Positions 26,301 to 38,733 are shown, numbered from the whole stretch's first letter. The stretch is 63,763 nucleotides of DNA, filler included, from Choristocarpus tenellus KU-1152 (GCA_964200185.2; 10 parts of 10 records of this genome joined end to end with filler, not necessarily neighbours in it), one strand, 5' to 3'. Numbers and translations: made by a program. The notes: a model not told the origin generated them from the sequence alone.

Positions 26301-26997
26301 AGACAAGTGTGCCTTATGTGCCCTCCACAATTGTACTTACAACTTATGTAGCAGTGGAGTGTGGCGCTTCCTAGGCAGTTTTATCACGGTATCATTACGG
26401 TATCATTACGGTATCATTACGGTATCATTACGGTATCAATGTGGAATATTGATTTTTCATACCTCCTTAACCCGACAGTGTGTTTCACCTTCAACCTATG
26501 CGATCCAGATGTCCACCTGATCCGTGTGAAAAGTTTGATTTTACTTCCCCCCCCCCAACAAAGTAAAAAAAACAAAGTAAAAAACAACAAAGAAAATGCC
26601 ATTGGAGTGAGTTGATGGGAGGAGAAGGGGCGGAGGGAGACGATTATAATGTGTTTTAAAAATAATGCGACCTTGAACACTCTTCCATTTACAGGCGCTG
26701 TCTGCACTCAGTCACTTGGTTCCCTGACCGATTCCTGCTCCTTGCAGCATATGTATTTTTTTATTGCTGTTAATATACAGCCTGTTTCTTTCTTTTATTC
26801 TTCAAGACACTTTTCTTTTTCGTTTTCCCCTTAACAGGCCCGGGAAATGGGTCTGGTTGGCACTGATATGCAGTGGTACCTGTCTGATAGCGCAGCAATG
26901 GATGGCATTTTTGCAGAGGACAGTACAACAAGGGACAGTCGGCTGGCCTTTGACATGCGGGGCACCCTGGGACTGAGACCGTGTGCTCCTGTTGAAG
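23344..26997 (+). CDS. Periplasmic-binding-protein type 1 / ANF_receptor (Venus flytrap) ligand-binding domain protein, partial; exons 23344-23499, 23792-24030, 25215-25518, 26838-26997
   Basis: Phase-consistent GT-AG exons give ILQLAVDTAN…SLVLESLCSVLD…GVVAPLLSSQASLLGSLSNRFWSLPIIS…FLSSVQPGIDEQMAALTRLI…ERVAVLHTADSFGTAAAQAF…IRAVLRGAREMGLVGTDMQWYLSD…GTLGLRP. This is collinear with the ANF_receptor consensus (LAVEDIN, AIIGP..S, VPLIS, FLRTTP.D..QA.AI, RVALIYSDDDYG, ARELGM.G..YVWI, GVLGFR). Confidence 0.8.
24763..25118. mobile_element. Solo LTR (356 bp) with 5-bp TSD CTCTC in intron 2 of the receptor gene
   Basis: CTCTC|TGTTAA…TTAACA|CTCTC. Its first ~70 bp recur reverse-complemented at 14272-14344. 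Confidence 0.88.
26382..26438. repeat. 11-bp tandem repeat (TATCATTACGG) x~5
   Basis: Directly visible. Confidence 0.9.
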
Positions 26998-28148
26998 GTG
27001 AAGATTTGAAGAGTAGTAGTGACTGTACTACATTTTTAATATATACAGAGGAAATCTCTTCACAATTACAGGTGGTGCTCTCAAGACTTTTGTTGGTTTT
27101 GCTTGTCATTGGTGTTGGAGGGGTGGCGTGAGAGGGGGAGGCAGGTTAACTAGATGCAACACCATTGCATTTTTTNNNNNNNNNNNNNNNNNNNNNNNNN
27201 NNNNNNNNNNNNNNNNNNNTTAATTAATTAANNNNNNNNNNNNNNNNNNNNNNNNNNNNNNNNNNNNNNNNNNNNTGAGAAGCACCATCAAAGGTGGGGC
27301 TTCATCACGACCAGTCAAGACGTGAGAACAAAGTGGATCTTCCATGTGGGACAACTCGAATGACGAGCTGTACCAAGTCCATGGAATTGGTCGCATGAAG
27401 AACTTCCATGGTTTCATTCTTACAGAAAAGTCTGTTTGTGAAATCAAGACTCTTGACTGGGAACCTCAACCAGTACCATGGTATAACGGTATATGGCATA
27501 CGGCAATAACGGTATAATAACAGATAAACATGCTTTCCACATATCACTACATACTATATTTCGTACTTATGTGGTAGCCACCTTCCAATCAAGGTATACC
27601 TTTAAAGTGACCTTCCTTGAAAGATATACCTCAAAGTCTGTTGCGTTGTATGACATCAGCATTTGTTGCTTGAGGTAAACATTTGCTTGTTGAAGTAAAT
27701 ATCGGGTGGTTTGGAACTTACAATCCCCCTCATTCACACTTTTGCCTGTTCACTTCTCACTGAGCAACCTTCTGAGGGATTGCTCACCCTCTTTCCTGCC
27801 TTGTCTCTTTCCATTCCTTTTTGTGGGTCTTCCAACACCCCTGAAGATCTTGTCTGCCTGTTTACATCTGTTTTACACTAGCGTGTTTGCGCAAAATGAA
27901 AATACATTATCGAAAAAGTCTTACGTTTCACTCCATCAAATAGTATTAGAACTACCATGTTGACATATAACGACATACAAGACATTTTAGATAGTGAACT
28001 ACATTTTGCTCAAACACCCTACTTACAGTAGTAGGAATTTGAAATTTAGGATACAATGTTCAAGAGTGGTAAAATATAAAATAGGAGGCATGGTGATGAC
28101 ATGACCGGCCCTAGTATTAAAAAAATATTAACTGACTGGACCCAAAGT

Positions 28149-30290
28149 TGTTACAGGCGAATAGCGCGAGCGTTTTCTTCTTGTGTTCCAACGAGTACGA
28201 GCATTTGTTACACGCGAATAACGCGAGCATTTTCTCCTCATCTTTTAGGAAATACGAATATTTGTGACAGACGTATAGTGTGAGGATTGTTTCTCGCGTT
28301 CTAACAAGTACGAACTATATACGATTTTAGTAACACATAGGTAGCCTTACAGAAGAAATTATGATTTCGTAGAAGATGCAGAGTAAGATTCGGAATACCT
28401 ACGTAACATTACAGAAGAAAATGTCAAAGTCACCAAGAAGTTCAAGAATAAAGGTTTATGATTGGAGTACCTATAGAGCAGTTGATAGAAGACCAAAGAA
28501 ATTGGGTGGATGATCAAAATAATAAGAGGGCTCTTAGTGAAAACACTTTTACCCCTCTTGTGCCAGTCTTACCTTTTGAACGAAACATTGAGTCGAGCTT
28601 TGAGCTAAGCACTGAGTGGAGTATCAAGAGAAGGCTATCTGACACCCTACAAACTGTTGTAAAAGGCAACGCCCCATAGCGTCGTTTTAAGGTCATTGGA
28701 TTTGAGTTGTACATCCTGTGGAGATGAGTTCTGAGGGGCGCCTGTAACATGGAGATCCTACCACCTCTCTTCAAACTGGAAAGAATACTCATTTGTTCAC
28801 CTCAACACTTAGGATTCTTCATAGCTTCCTACGCCCGCCTGGATTCTTTTCTTTTCCTTCTTGGGCTTGTGGTCTTTATTCATCGTCTACGGGATTCCCT
28901 TCTTGGGCTCATCGTCTTCATGGATGTGAGGGCTTCTGCGGCTCTGAGGGAATCGCCCTTCTCTAACCGTAAAATGAGTGGCCTCTGATGGCCACATCAC
29001 TCGCCTATAGGCATAAAATGAGTGGTCTTTGATCACCATGGTCGAGACGTTGCCTAGGTAGTCAATTGTTCTGCGTTCCTTTACTCACACATTTTTGTTC
29101 TCTTTTGGTTGCCATCTTGCCCTTTATTCTCCAGGTTCACAGACATATCTGGCTCACAGTATTCGCGAGAAGTTGAGGTCGCCTCTGACCTACAGATCCT
29201 CCAAGGAATCGATGATTCCGAGAGATTCCAGCCCAGTACCATAACTCAAGGCAATTCTAGTTGCAGCTGTGTCCACGCTGCTGAACGTCGAGGCAGGTGC
29301 AGAGAGCACGTTCGTTTTTGGTGTTCCACTCGTGGCAGATCCCGCTCCAGGTCGAGATCCCGGAATAGGCGCTCTCATCGACACAGACGGAGGACCAGAG
29401 AAGAACACAGAGGCCGCACCCGTTCACCGAGTCGTCACCATTGGACCAGTGATTATTATTATTCTTCACACAGGTCTGTATCACCCAGACCATCTCGAAG
29501 GAGTAGCCTGAGTACGGTATGTCAGTCCAGAGAGGTTGAGGCAGAGTTGCGAAGAGAAATTCATGAGTTGCGTACACGAGCTGAGTCGCATGAGTCACGA
29601 CCCGATAGGCAGGAGCGAGACCGAGCCTGTCACAACCTCAACATGCGTTATCATCAAGATTGTGTTAAAACCATGGAACACATTCATAAGAAAATCGGAG
29701 ATCCTGCCAACGGCTCCGTCTTTGTTGGAGTACCAGCAGATAACTCCGCCCCAACCATGTCAAACAATCCCGTCTTTTTCGCTGATGCTCTTACCAAGGC
29801 TTTAGGGAGGGTTCAAGGAGGATCGAGGGCCTTACCCAAAGATCGTGTCCACCATCATAATACATCACGCCCACGTGCTGATGCCCTTACCCCTTTCCGC
29901 ATCGAGCTTCTTGAGCAACTACTGTCTGACTCTCTCAGGACCCACAGTGATCTCCTAAGTGACTCATCTACAGTGGAAGTCCCAAGCATCACCAGGCACC
30001 TCCTTTGGGTTCCTCGGGAAGACATGACAGCGACTGAGTGGGTTTGTATCCTGGTGAGAGAATGCACTCTTTCGTATAGTTAGTTGAAAAATGCCGTAAA
30101 GAACGCAATGAGTTCTTTAAGGACTGAGAGAGGGGAATCGTGGAAAGCGGCAACCAACCGGCTTGTCTTACATTATCGAGCATACACCATAGATTCACGG
30201 ATGCCTCATGTTTGTGAGACAACTTTCTTTTGGAGAGTGGGTGCGCGAACACACATGAAGAAAGGGTGGGGAGGCTTTTTTCCCGCCTAA
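28149..30290 (+). mobile_element. LTR retrotransposon (probably Ty3/Gypsy) 5' part: LTR 28149-28749, PBS 28750-28763, RS-rich gag-like ORF 29109-30290 with an internal stop
   Basis: LTR bounded by the perfect 11-bp inverted repeat TGTTACAGGCG…CGCCTGTAACA, followed directly by TGGAGATCCTACC (tRNA-Gln-type PBS). A second copy lies at 21929-23183. No pol is visible, so the superfamily is inferred. Confidence 0.8.
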
Positions 30291-32199
30291 ACCCTATACT
30301 TCAATCAACAAATAGTGCATCTGTTGTCACTGTTAGTGACCTACAACACAGGTTTCGAAGCCCAGTATGAGCGTTCTTCCTTCAAAAATAGAAAAAAATA
30401 ACGAAAAAAATAAGTACTCTGGAGGGCCTTGTGACGGGCATCACGAATATGCTTTGAGCCAAAGTATCTTAGAGGGTAGAGCCGCGTCCATTTGGGGATC
30501 AAAATACAATNNNNNNNNNNNNNNNNNNNNNNNNNNNNNNNNNNNNNNNNNNNNTTAATTAATTAANNNNNNNNNNNNNNNNNNNNNNNNNNNNNNNNNN
30601 NNNNNNNNNNCATCCTCATAGTCCCGCTCCTGCCTCAATTTTGAAAATCCACTGTTATTTGGACACGATGAACTGCTTTGGTCCACTAAAAACATTGCAT
30701 GCATGTACTAGCAGTAAGTAATAGTAGCAATTAATTGTTACACAAAGACCAAGTCCTGAAGCCCTATCCTTCAAAAACAGGTTTTTTTTTTCTTTCAAAA
30801 TAAGTTTCTTCGAACAGTTCTCGTGCGTGTGTGTGCGTGCATTGTTATATCACAATCACAATTTTCAACTTTTGCGATTGATTATTGTTATTATCCATGT
30901 CAAGAACAGGTTTTTTACCAATTGTAAAAGAATATTCCGTAAGAAACAATCTAAGGATGAAGAGACCATGCTTGTGTCCTGAAGAATAGAAGATATATTT
31001 GGGTTTAAGAACTAGAGTACGGAAGAGCTCACGAATAATAGGAAATATTGTACCGAGCAATCTGTGATTAGGGATTACTGATCCACAGAATAGGAATGAT
31101 TTGGTGGCAAGAACACCCCCCTTTGCGCTTTGATGCTCACTCCTCCTTCCTCCTTCCTTACTTCATCTGCAACCTGTTCTACCCAATAAGGATCTAATCG
31201 AGTCATTTGCATACAGAACTGGGAACATCAGCGTCGTTAACATGCTAAAGTGGTACCATTGGCTTCGCGGTCTGTGGCAATCTTGTTTTTTTTCACTGTC
31301 TTGCCACGAGAGGTATGCAACAATATAAATATCAAATGAACGCTTATTCCAAGAGGGGTTGAATATTTGTATGCAGGAATGTACTGCCTCCAACGAACGG
31401 GAACTATATCCCGATCAAAGAATTGCGAAAACGTGGGGGAATAACTCCGGTGCAATTTTGATTGTCCCAACCTCAAAAGCTACAAAAATGAAGTGGTTGG
31501 GTGAATTCCCTGTAAAAACCTGGTCGGGAATAGGCCCCAGTCAGTTTACAGTGTGTGACCGTACCGAAAAAAAAGAAGAAGCAAGATTCTCGGACATCTT
31601 TTTAACGCCTTTTGGAAACTTTCTGTGAACACACACATTGGTGACCCACACAGCAATATGGACCACGACGGTGAGAAAAGGAGAGCTGCCGAGGCTACTC
31701 TGCCCCCTGAATCTACCCTCGGCACCTTCTCTGTCTAGAGGCGTCAAAAAAACAAGTACCCTGTGACATTCGGTGCAATGTTAGGCGACGAGAAAGTGCG
31801 TGTATTGTGGTGCAGAAGCATAATCAAATCATGCAATGGACCACGCAGCCGCGGCACTGACGCTGAGAGAAGATGCATGTAAAGGATTACCACACAAATG
31901 TGGTTGGATCTTCAACTACATCAGAGCACTGCTCTACAGTCTCTGCTCGGGAAAGCAGGAAGAGAGCAGCAAGTCCATCACCAGGTGTGGTACAGTGATG
32001 AAGTCTGTGGGGAAGCCTAGTCACGGAGGGCAAAGGTAGAACCAGAGCGACCAGCCAAAGGGAAGGTAGGGGAGGAGAGCAGTGCGACTGCGTGCCATTG
32101 CACTCAGGAAACGCCTAAGCAAAAACCCGGTTGTAGAATATCTTAGTAGTCGACAGTTGCAGGAAGCCCTAGTTGTTCGGAAGCTATGTGAGCCAGAGC

Positions 32200-33330
32200 G
32201 GGTTAGGAAACGAGAAAGAAGGTTTTAAGCCTCCCCACCCTTTCTTCCTGTGTGTTCACGCACCCACTCTTTAACCTCCGCAAGGATGTCCTCGTAGAGG
32301 CCCAGAACGAAATGCCTCTCATCGCGCCCTTGCTCTGACACCTTGATGTGACCCTTAGTTTGGGAGTCTCTCTTCCATTTACTCACAGTTTCCGACCTGA
32401 CCATCACATATCCTGCTGCCATCTAGAGCACCATTTGACGGTCTTTCCCGTTATTCGTACACAGGTACAGGATTCGCAGGGTTAGAGCCTTTACTACTAT
32501 CACATTTCCTTGTTGAGCGCCGGAAATGGGTTACCTTCTTTCGGGCTTCAGAGCCCTTGTAGCCCAACTCACCTCGCATATGTGCTCCACCCACCATCAA
32601 TGCCCCACCATTGCTCAACATCCGTTTTTCTCATTCTCGTTGCATAAGCAATAGGTCTCACAGACTGTCTCTGAAGATCAAGTCTAGCTGCATGCCCTCT
32701 CCCAATAATCTGACGAATCTCGAGAAAGTACTAATCCATTAAACAATTGTGCATGGCACTCAATTGTGCCTCCTCGCTAAGCTCACCATCAATTGATCTC
32801 ATCTTCTTGACGATTCTGTCCAGTTCCATGATGACTGTGAACGGATCCTCCCCCACTGGTAGATGAAGTGAATTTAGTTTGGATCGCATGGTTGCTCTCT
32901 CAGCAATGCTGTTTCAGGCAAAATGGTTTCTCAAAGCTTGTAACACTTCCGAAAGACTGTCATGGATATCTGCAACTTGTTTGCTAGTCCATTCAAACCC
33001 ATCTCCAAAGCTGCCATAGCCATGCTCGCTTTTTCAACTTCTCACTCCGTCCATCTCGATTTGTCAAAGAAATCGCAACTCATCCTGATGTGATCTTCTG
33101 ACAGAAGAACATCTTTCCATCCACCCACGGCAACACATGAAAGGAACTTTCTCTCGAAAGTAGCATTTTCTTTCCCATCATCATCTCTACTATAAACTTT
33201 CATCTTTGATGGGAGTGGAATCAGCCGTCACATTCTCTGTCCTGTAATGGTCGTCTGGTACGCAGTTCTGGTGAACGCCTCTTTATTTTCGTCCTCGATT
33301 TCAGACTTGACTACCCCCACACCATCTTCA
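32200..33330 (-). mobile_element. Degenerate Copia gag-protease remnant
   Basis: gag-like DPFTVIMELDRIVKKM (~32800-32850) and protease-region-like HFVLGLYEDIL (~32280-32320); multiple stops. Confidence 0.55.
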
Positions 33331-33623
33331 ACTGGTATTGCAGGTGTCGTTTCTCTATACTACTCTTCTCAAAGCACGTCTGTTGTAACCGAAGGCCGCC
33401 TCCATCAGGTCTTCCCCTCCAATTTATTTACGCTAGGCTTGAAAACTTAGCACACTTCCTTAGTAATGCTAGCTATAGTGGTAACAATAGGTTATGACTC
33501 AAAGTATCTGGGAGGGGGTAGTGNNNNNNNNNNNNNNNNNNNNNNNNNNNNNNNNNNNNNNNNNNNNTTAATTAATTAANNNNNNNNNNNNNNNNNNNNN
33601 NNNNNNNNNNNNNNNNNNNNNNN

Positions 33624-33690
33624 GGTTAGGGTCAAGGTCAGGTTAGGGTCAAGGTTAGATCTAGGGTTAGGATTAGGGTTAGGGTCAGAG
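33624..33690. repeat. Degenerate TTAGGG-like array at a contig start
   Basis: GGTTAGGGTCAAGGTCAGGTTAGGG…TTAGGGTTAGGG. Confidence 0.75.
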
Positions 33691-34399
33691 ACAATACATG
33701 GAATTGTGGTATCGAAACAGTTCTTGGCGGTACCAAGCATTTGAGGTTAGAGCTAAGGTAAGTGTTGTATTGTATTGTGTTGGAATGTGTTGTGTTTTTT
33801 TGGAATAGGTATGCGATTTTGAATTAGATGTCCTCATTTTTCGAGTTTGAGTTCTTCTCATAGGAGAGACACATCACATTCAACCAAGGTAAGAGGGTAA
33901 GAAAGGTAAGTGGACGGGTTGGGACTGACACTTGGAATGCAGAGAAAATGTCTAGCAGAGGAGATGGAGACCGGAGTGTAGTGCAGTTGGTGGGATGCAA
34001 GCAACCTAGGTTGCCTGCATCAGCTCTCCCGATACCCCCCAGTCCTGGCTGCATGATGGCAGTCGCACCTCACCTGGTTTGTTTGCAAGGGCTGTACAGC
34101 ATTGCAAAGGAGGTCCTTCGAACATGCATCGCTTCCTATTGTTTGAGTCTCCCCCGCCCAGATCACTCCCAGCATTCATGCAAGGATGCACATCCCTGAC
34201 AAGCAAGAGTTGATGGAAGGGAGTGAATTCAACAATGCCGACTACTATGAACCCACACAGGCAGTTTTCCTGGCGCTCTCCATGATTGAGAGGGAGAGAG
34301 AATTGTCATGCATGGTGGTGGGTAGTCAGTCATACTTCTCTCCCGCCCCGAGGGCCTCAGCATCAAACCCACCGCCTATGAAAGATGCCTCATCTGTAC

Positions 34400-36160
34400 T
34401 CCCGAGCGTGGATGCTTAAGCCTCAGGTGCATTGGAGGTCATGGACAAGTTTGAAGAAGATGGTGAAGCCCGGATGTGCCGGTTTGACTACTATCGAGGG
34501 GAACGTCGACAAAACATGCTGCAACCTTACACTCAAGCCCAGGATCACTGGCATCCTTGAACGTGCACCTGGTTTGCAGAAGATACAGCAGAGTGCATCT
34601 TGCACAGTCAGCTAACCTACAGCCAGATGGCGAGCAGACCTCATCAACAGTACACCAACGAAAGGGATTTCGTCTGCAATAATAACCTATTGTGCATGGC
34701 AAGGCACGTACACATGCATAATCGAATTGCCTCCCTAATGTCGAAGGATGATATTCCAGGCCTGAAGTGTATCTTTGCCCCAAGCACTGCCTGAAGGAAA
34801 GTCTTCTTTTGCAACCCTAGATCAGCTCATGCAAGCAATGCAAGGTACTATCAAGAGTACTTGGACTCTAGAAACGGACTGGATGACTACAACCTTGCAC
34901 TTCTTGTGCTCAAGATCAGAGGACCACCATTGCTTCATATTAATCACTGGGCCATTGGTCTGCCAACTGTGTCTCGTGTACAGGAAAATCTTAAGGACAG
35001 CAAGGCATGGATACATTTCACGCAATTTATATTGGTGTGCTTTGGCATTGAACTACTGTAGTGTTTAACAGTGGTACACAACAATCTCTTATCATTATTT
35101 TTTTTCCTCCCCAGGTGGGCTTCCTGCCATGTGCAGCAGAGGGACATCACTTCAACGAGAGTGTTACTTGCAGCGAATTATCAGTGTTTGCTTGGGGCAT
35201 TCCGGGACACTGTTCGTCCATGGGGCTTGATGGACCATGAGATCAACATCAAGAGGGGTCAGCACTACCTTGGCGCTGAGTCTACCTCTAGTGGAGAAAC
35301 ACAAGGTAGGTTCACAAGTGAAACCTGGCCGTTAAATATGGTTCAGTGGGCTATTTGTTTTTGCCAGTGAGTGCAAAGTATGGATGCGTTAATATCAACA
35401 TTATATTTGCAGGATGTTTGACCTCCAGTGTCCACCATCCACAGACACATCCAATTGTAAGGACTGGCTTCTCAGTCCCAGCACATAAGTTTTGTAACAT
35501 GGTACAATTCAGTGGGAAGAAAGTGAGGCAAGCATTGACAACATATTCCCTGGCACTTGAATCTGTGACCTAGTGTGTGTAGGCGCTCCGTTTTGCACGG
35601 TTTTGCATCCATGTGTGGGTGGTTCACTGTGTAGGCCCCAAAGCCAATATTGAGGAGAGAAGCCACCCTTCCTTACACATTTCGTATCGGAAGAGAGAGG
35701 ACAGGCGTGGGACGTAGGGGGCAACACACCACAGTAGGAGGTGCCTGCCACCTGTAGGTAAGTATAAGAGGTTGAGGGCTGTTGGTGATACAGTCAGTGT
35801 CAGCATAGTGCTGCTCTAGCAGTTGAACAGGATGTACGGAGTATGTAGTACTACTGTGCACCGCAAATTGAGTGAGTCCACCATAAGGTCCTACGATAGT
35901 GGGAGGGGAAGAGTATAGCACACAGGGCAGGTAATTAAGTTGTGTCACCATGGTTGGTGGTTGTGTCACAAAAGCAAGAAGCGTTAGATATAAAATTGCA
36001 CACATGATTAGTATGCCATTGATACTTATTTTGAATATTCTCACTGAGAAATATGTTTCACGTCTACGACAGATGGCAGTGAACAAGCACGGCAAAGCAG
36101 TTGTGTACTCTGAGTATCTCATAAAGAAACGAATACTAGAAGAAGAAACCAATTCTTAAA
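34400..36160 (+). pseudogene. Decayed DNA transposase, P-element/THAP9-like
   Basis: Frameshifted segments LALLVLKIRGPPLLHINHWAIGLPTVSRV and LMDHEINIKRGQHY resemble the LPS.RTL and FDEM.IK….Y motifs of P-type transposases. Recognition only. Confidence 0.45.
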
Positions 36161-36769
36161 GATGAACGCTCTATGTTATGAATCTTGTCGCTGTGTTTTT
36201 CAAATTTAAGTACATGCCTGTGGACAAAGGGCTTCGGAAACTGCAGGGATCATGGTGTCGAATAACCTAGCGTTATTCTTACGTTATCTGTGCTGATCCG
36301 AGTAAACAACATAGCTTACGGGTACGTTGATCTTTAGTTTAGTACAATACAAGGTAGTAACGTACACAGCGGTATGTTATGGTGAGTTAGTGGAACAGTA
36401 GTGGGACAATAGCATCAAGTGGACAATACCCTACGGACAATAAATAATTCAGTGTATGCTTTACCATGTAATTCAACTGCTAGCTTTCGGCAACGAGCCT
36501 TACGTGCGCCAAGCTTTTCAAAACATGGAACCAACTGTACCTTTTCAGAATTCTGGACTCCAGAGGAGTCTAAGAGGGGGTGCATTTGTAATACCAAATT
36601 ACTTTTGTACTCACATATACGGTGTGTGGAAACGCCTTGGACAACTCTGCTCCCTTGTATTCTCAAAGTGCTATGGTCTCGGTGGTGTCTGTGTCTGTAT
36701 GGTTGGCTCCATGGTCACAGTTCCAAAACACGCTTTCTGTGGATGTCTGTATATATCAATATTTTTAGA

Positions 36770-37237
36770 TATCAATAGATACATGATTAAATTCTGTATT
36801 TGAATCACCAAGTAAAGATTCAAGATCTAAACTCTTACCACGTCTACTTAAAGTGGTATAATCTGGACAAGTTATTTGCAGTCCTGATATCTCAAATATC
36901 CAGTTAATAAATCCTTGGGATTGTCGTAGTTTTAGTTTAAACAAACATCTAATTTGCAAGCATACAAGAATAGCTTGGTAATTCTTTGGTTTTGATATTT
37001 TTGGTCAGATCTTTAACCTGTGATCTATCATCTTCCTTATGATCAGTAGTGGAATTGGCGAGAATATTGCCATTGTCGCCAACGACTATATGCAGCTTTT
37101 TCCATATTCTACGTATATATTGAAGACCATGTTTATTCTCTAACCACTCATTGCCTGTATAGGTCTGAATCCCAGTGCTATCAATAGATACATGATTAAA
37201 TTCTGTATTTGAATCACCAAGTAAAGATTCAAGATCT
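36770..37237 (-). mobile_element. Bacterial IS5-family (IS903 group) transposase fragment, circularly permuted, with a 59-bp direct repeat at its ends
   Basis: Motifs LFKLKLRQSQGFINWIF…PDYTTLSRR and SIDSTGIQTYTGNEWLENKHG…RRIWKKLHIVV; AT-rich and intronless; 36770-36828 is identical to 37179-37237. Confidence 0.88.
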
Positions 37238-38733
37238 TCGAACCCTTCCGAATTTAAGTGAAGATTGGACATGCCCACAGAATTGCCCACTTCATTTTGA
37301 TGGTGTGATGAATATCTTGAGTTCGGTGTTGACAAGAGAGGTGAGCACACCAGTGCAGACTTCACACTCATTTTGACTTGTTACACATGTCCATAGAACA
37401 TGCAGCTATTCACTCAAGTGTTGCTCCTGTTAATACCTTCCCCCCCTCCACAAGGACGTTGACACATTGAGCTCATTCTTGACCGGTATTCAAAAATGGA
37501 GTGATAGTAACAACTCCACTGAAGAAAAGAGGGGGCTTGTCTACATGCTTTTGTAATCATTATGTCCTCATTTCACACATTAATATTCAACAACAATTTA
37601 CCTCTTTTGAAAAATTTTGGTTGCATGATTCCCTACACAGATGGTGTATCATTAACTACATGCATGTAATTGGATCACTCTTACACAGTGCCAGCTATGA
37701 GGAAGGAGACTGGATTAGAAGTAAATTAGGGGCTTCTCACTAATCAAGATGATTTTCACAGTACAAAGCTTCTGTCAAACCTTGGTGCATTTTGTAGCTC
37801 CCCCAAACGAGATGTTAATTGATTCAAGCACACTCAAGAGCACACCTTCTACTCTAGGAACCATGGTCAGAGTACGAAAAAGAAGAAATACACCCCTCTG
37901 TAGTTGTTCGTTAATCTTTTTATAGAGACACCTTACGTGCCCATAGTACCCCACTGCAATAAACAAAAACAGGCAACAAGACATTTCTTATCTCCATCCA
38001 CACTTTCATCCATTCAGGTCCAGGTCTTTAAACTACAGAGGAGAAAAACAGAAGAGATGGAAGCACATGAAAGCAAAATACCAGTTCACATTGCTATCAA
38101 ACGCCTCATTATCTCCTTTGTTTATGTAGCTATTGTACCTACTCTGCACAGCAGACAGAAGTAGTCCCTCACTCTGCGCCCCAACAACCGCCTGTCATTT
38201 ATAGTTCTCATCTATGTTCAACCCCATGTAAGGTGGGGGAGGGGGGGAGGGTGAAGGGGAAAAAGATCAGGAGGGTACAACCCACTCGTTGACACAGGTG
38301 AAAGAAGAGCACAAGCGAAGATAACCCAGCTCTGGGTATGAACACCCACCTGGAATCATAACAGAGTTGTGCCTTCTGGCCACAACTTCACCACCTTTAA
38401 TGGCATTAGGGTCAAAAGAAACCGATCAGTTTGCCACAGTTAAGCAACGACAACATAGTACAACCACAAAGGGCTGGAATTTACCATAACTGCCTTTGAG
38501 GCAATGGTAGAGGAAAGAACAGCTTCAGATCCCACGGTCCTTGCATAAACACCAACTACTATCCACAACCCCCAACAAAATCCTGCCCTATAGTCATGTG
38601 ATGGCTAAAAAACACATGTTTCTCAATCTGTCCACAAAAAAGTCGACAGGCGGATTTCCGCCGAGTCGGTTGAATCCCATTTTTCCTTCTCTCTCTACCC
38701 AATAATCAGATTTCCGGTCTCACAGCATACACC

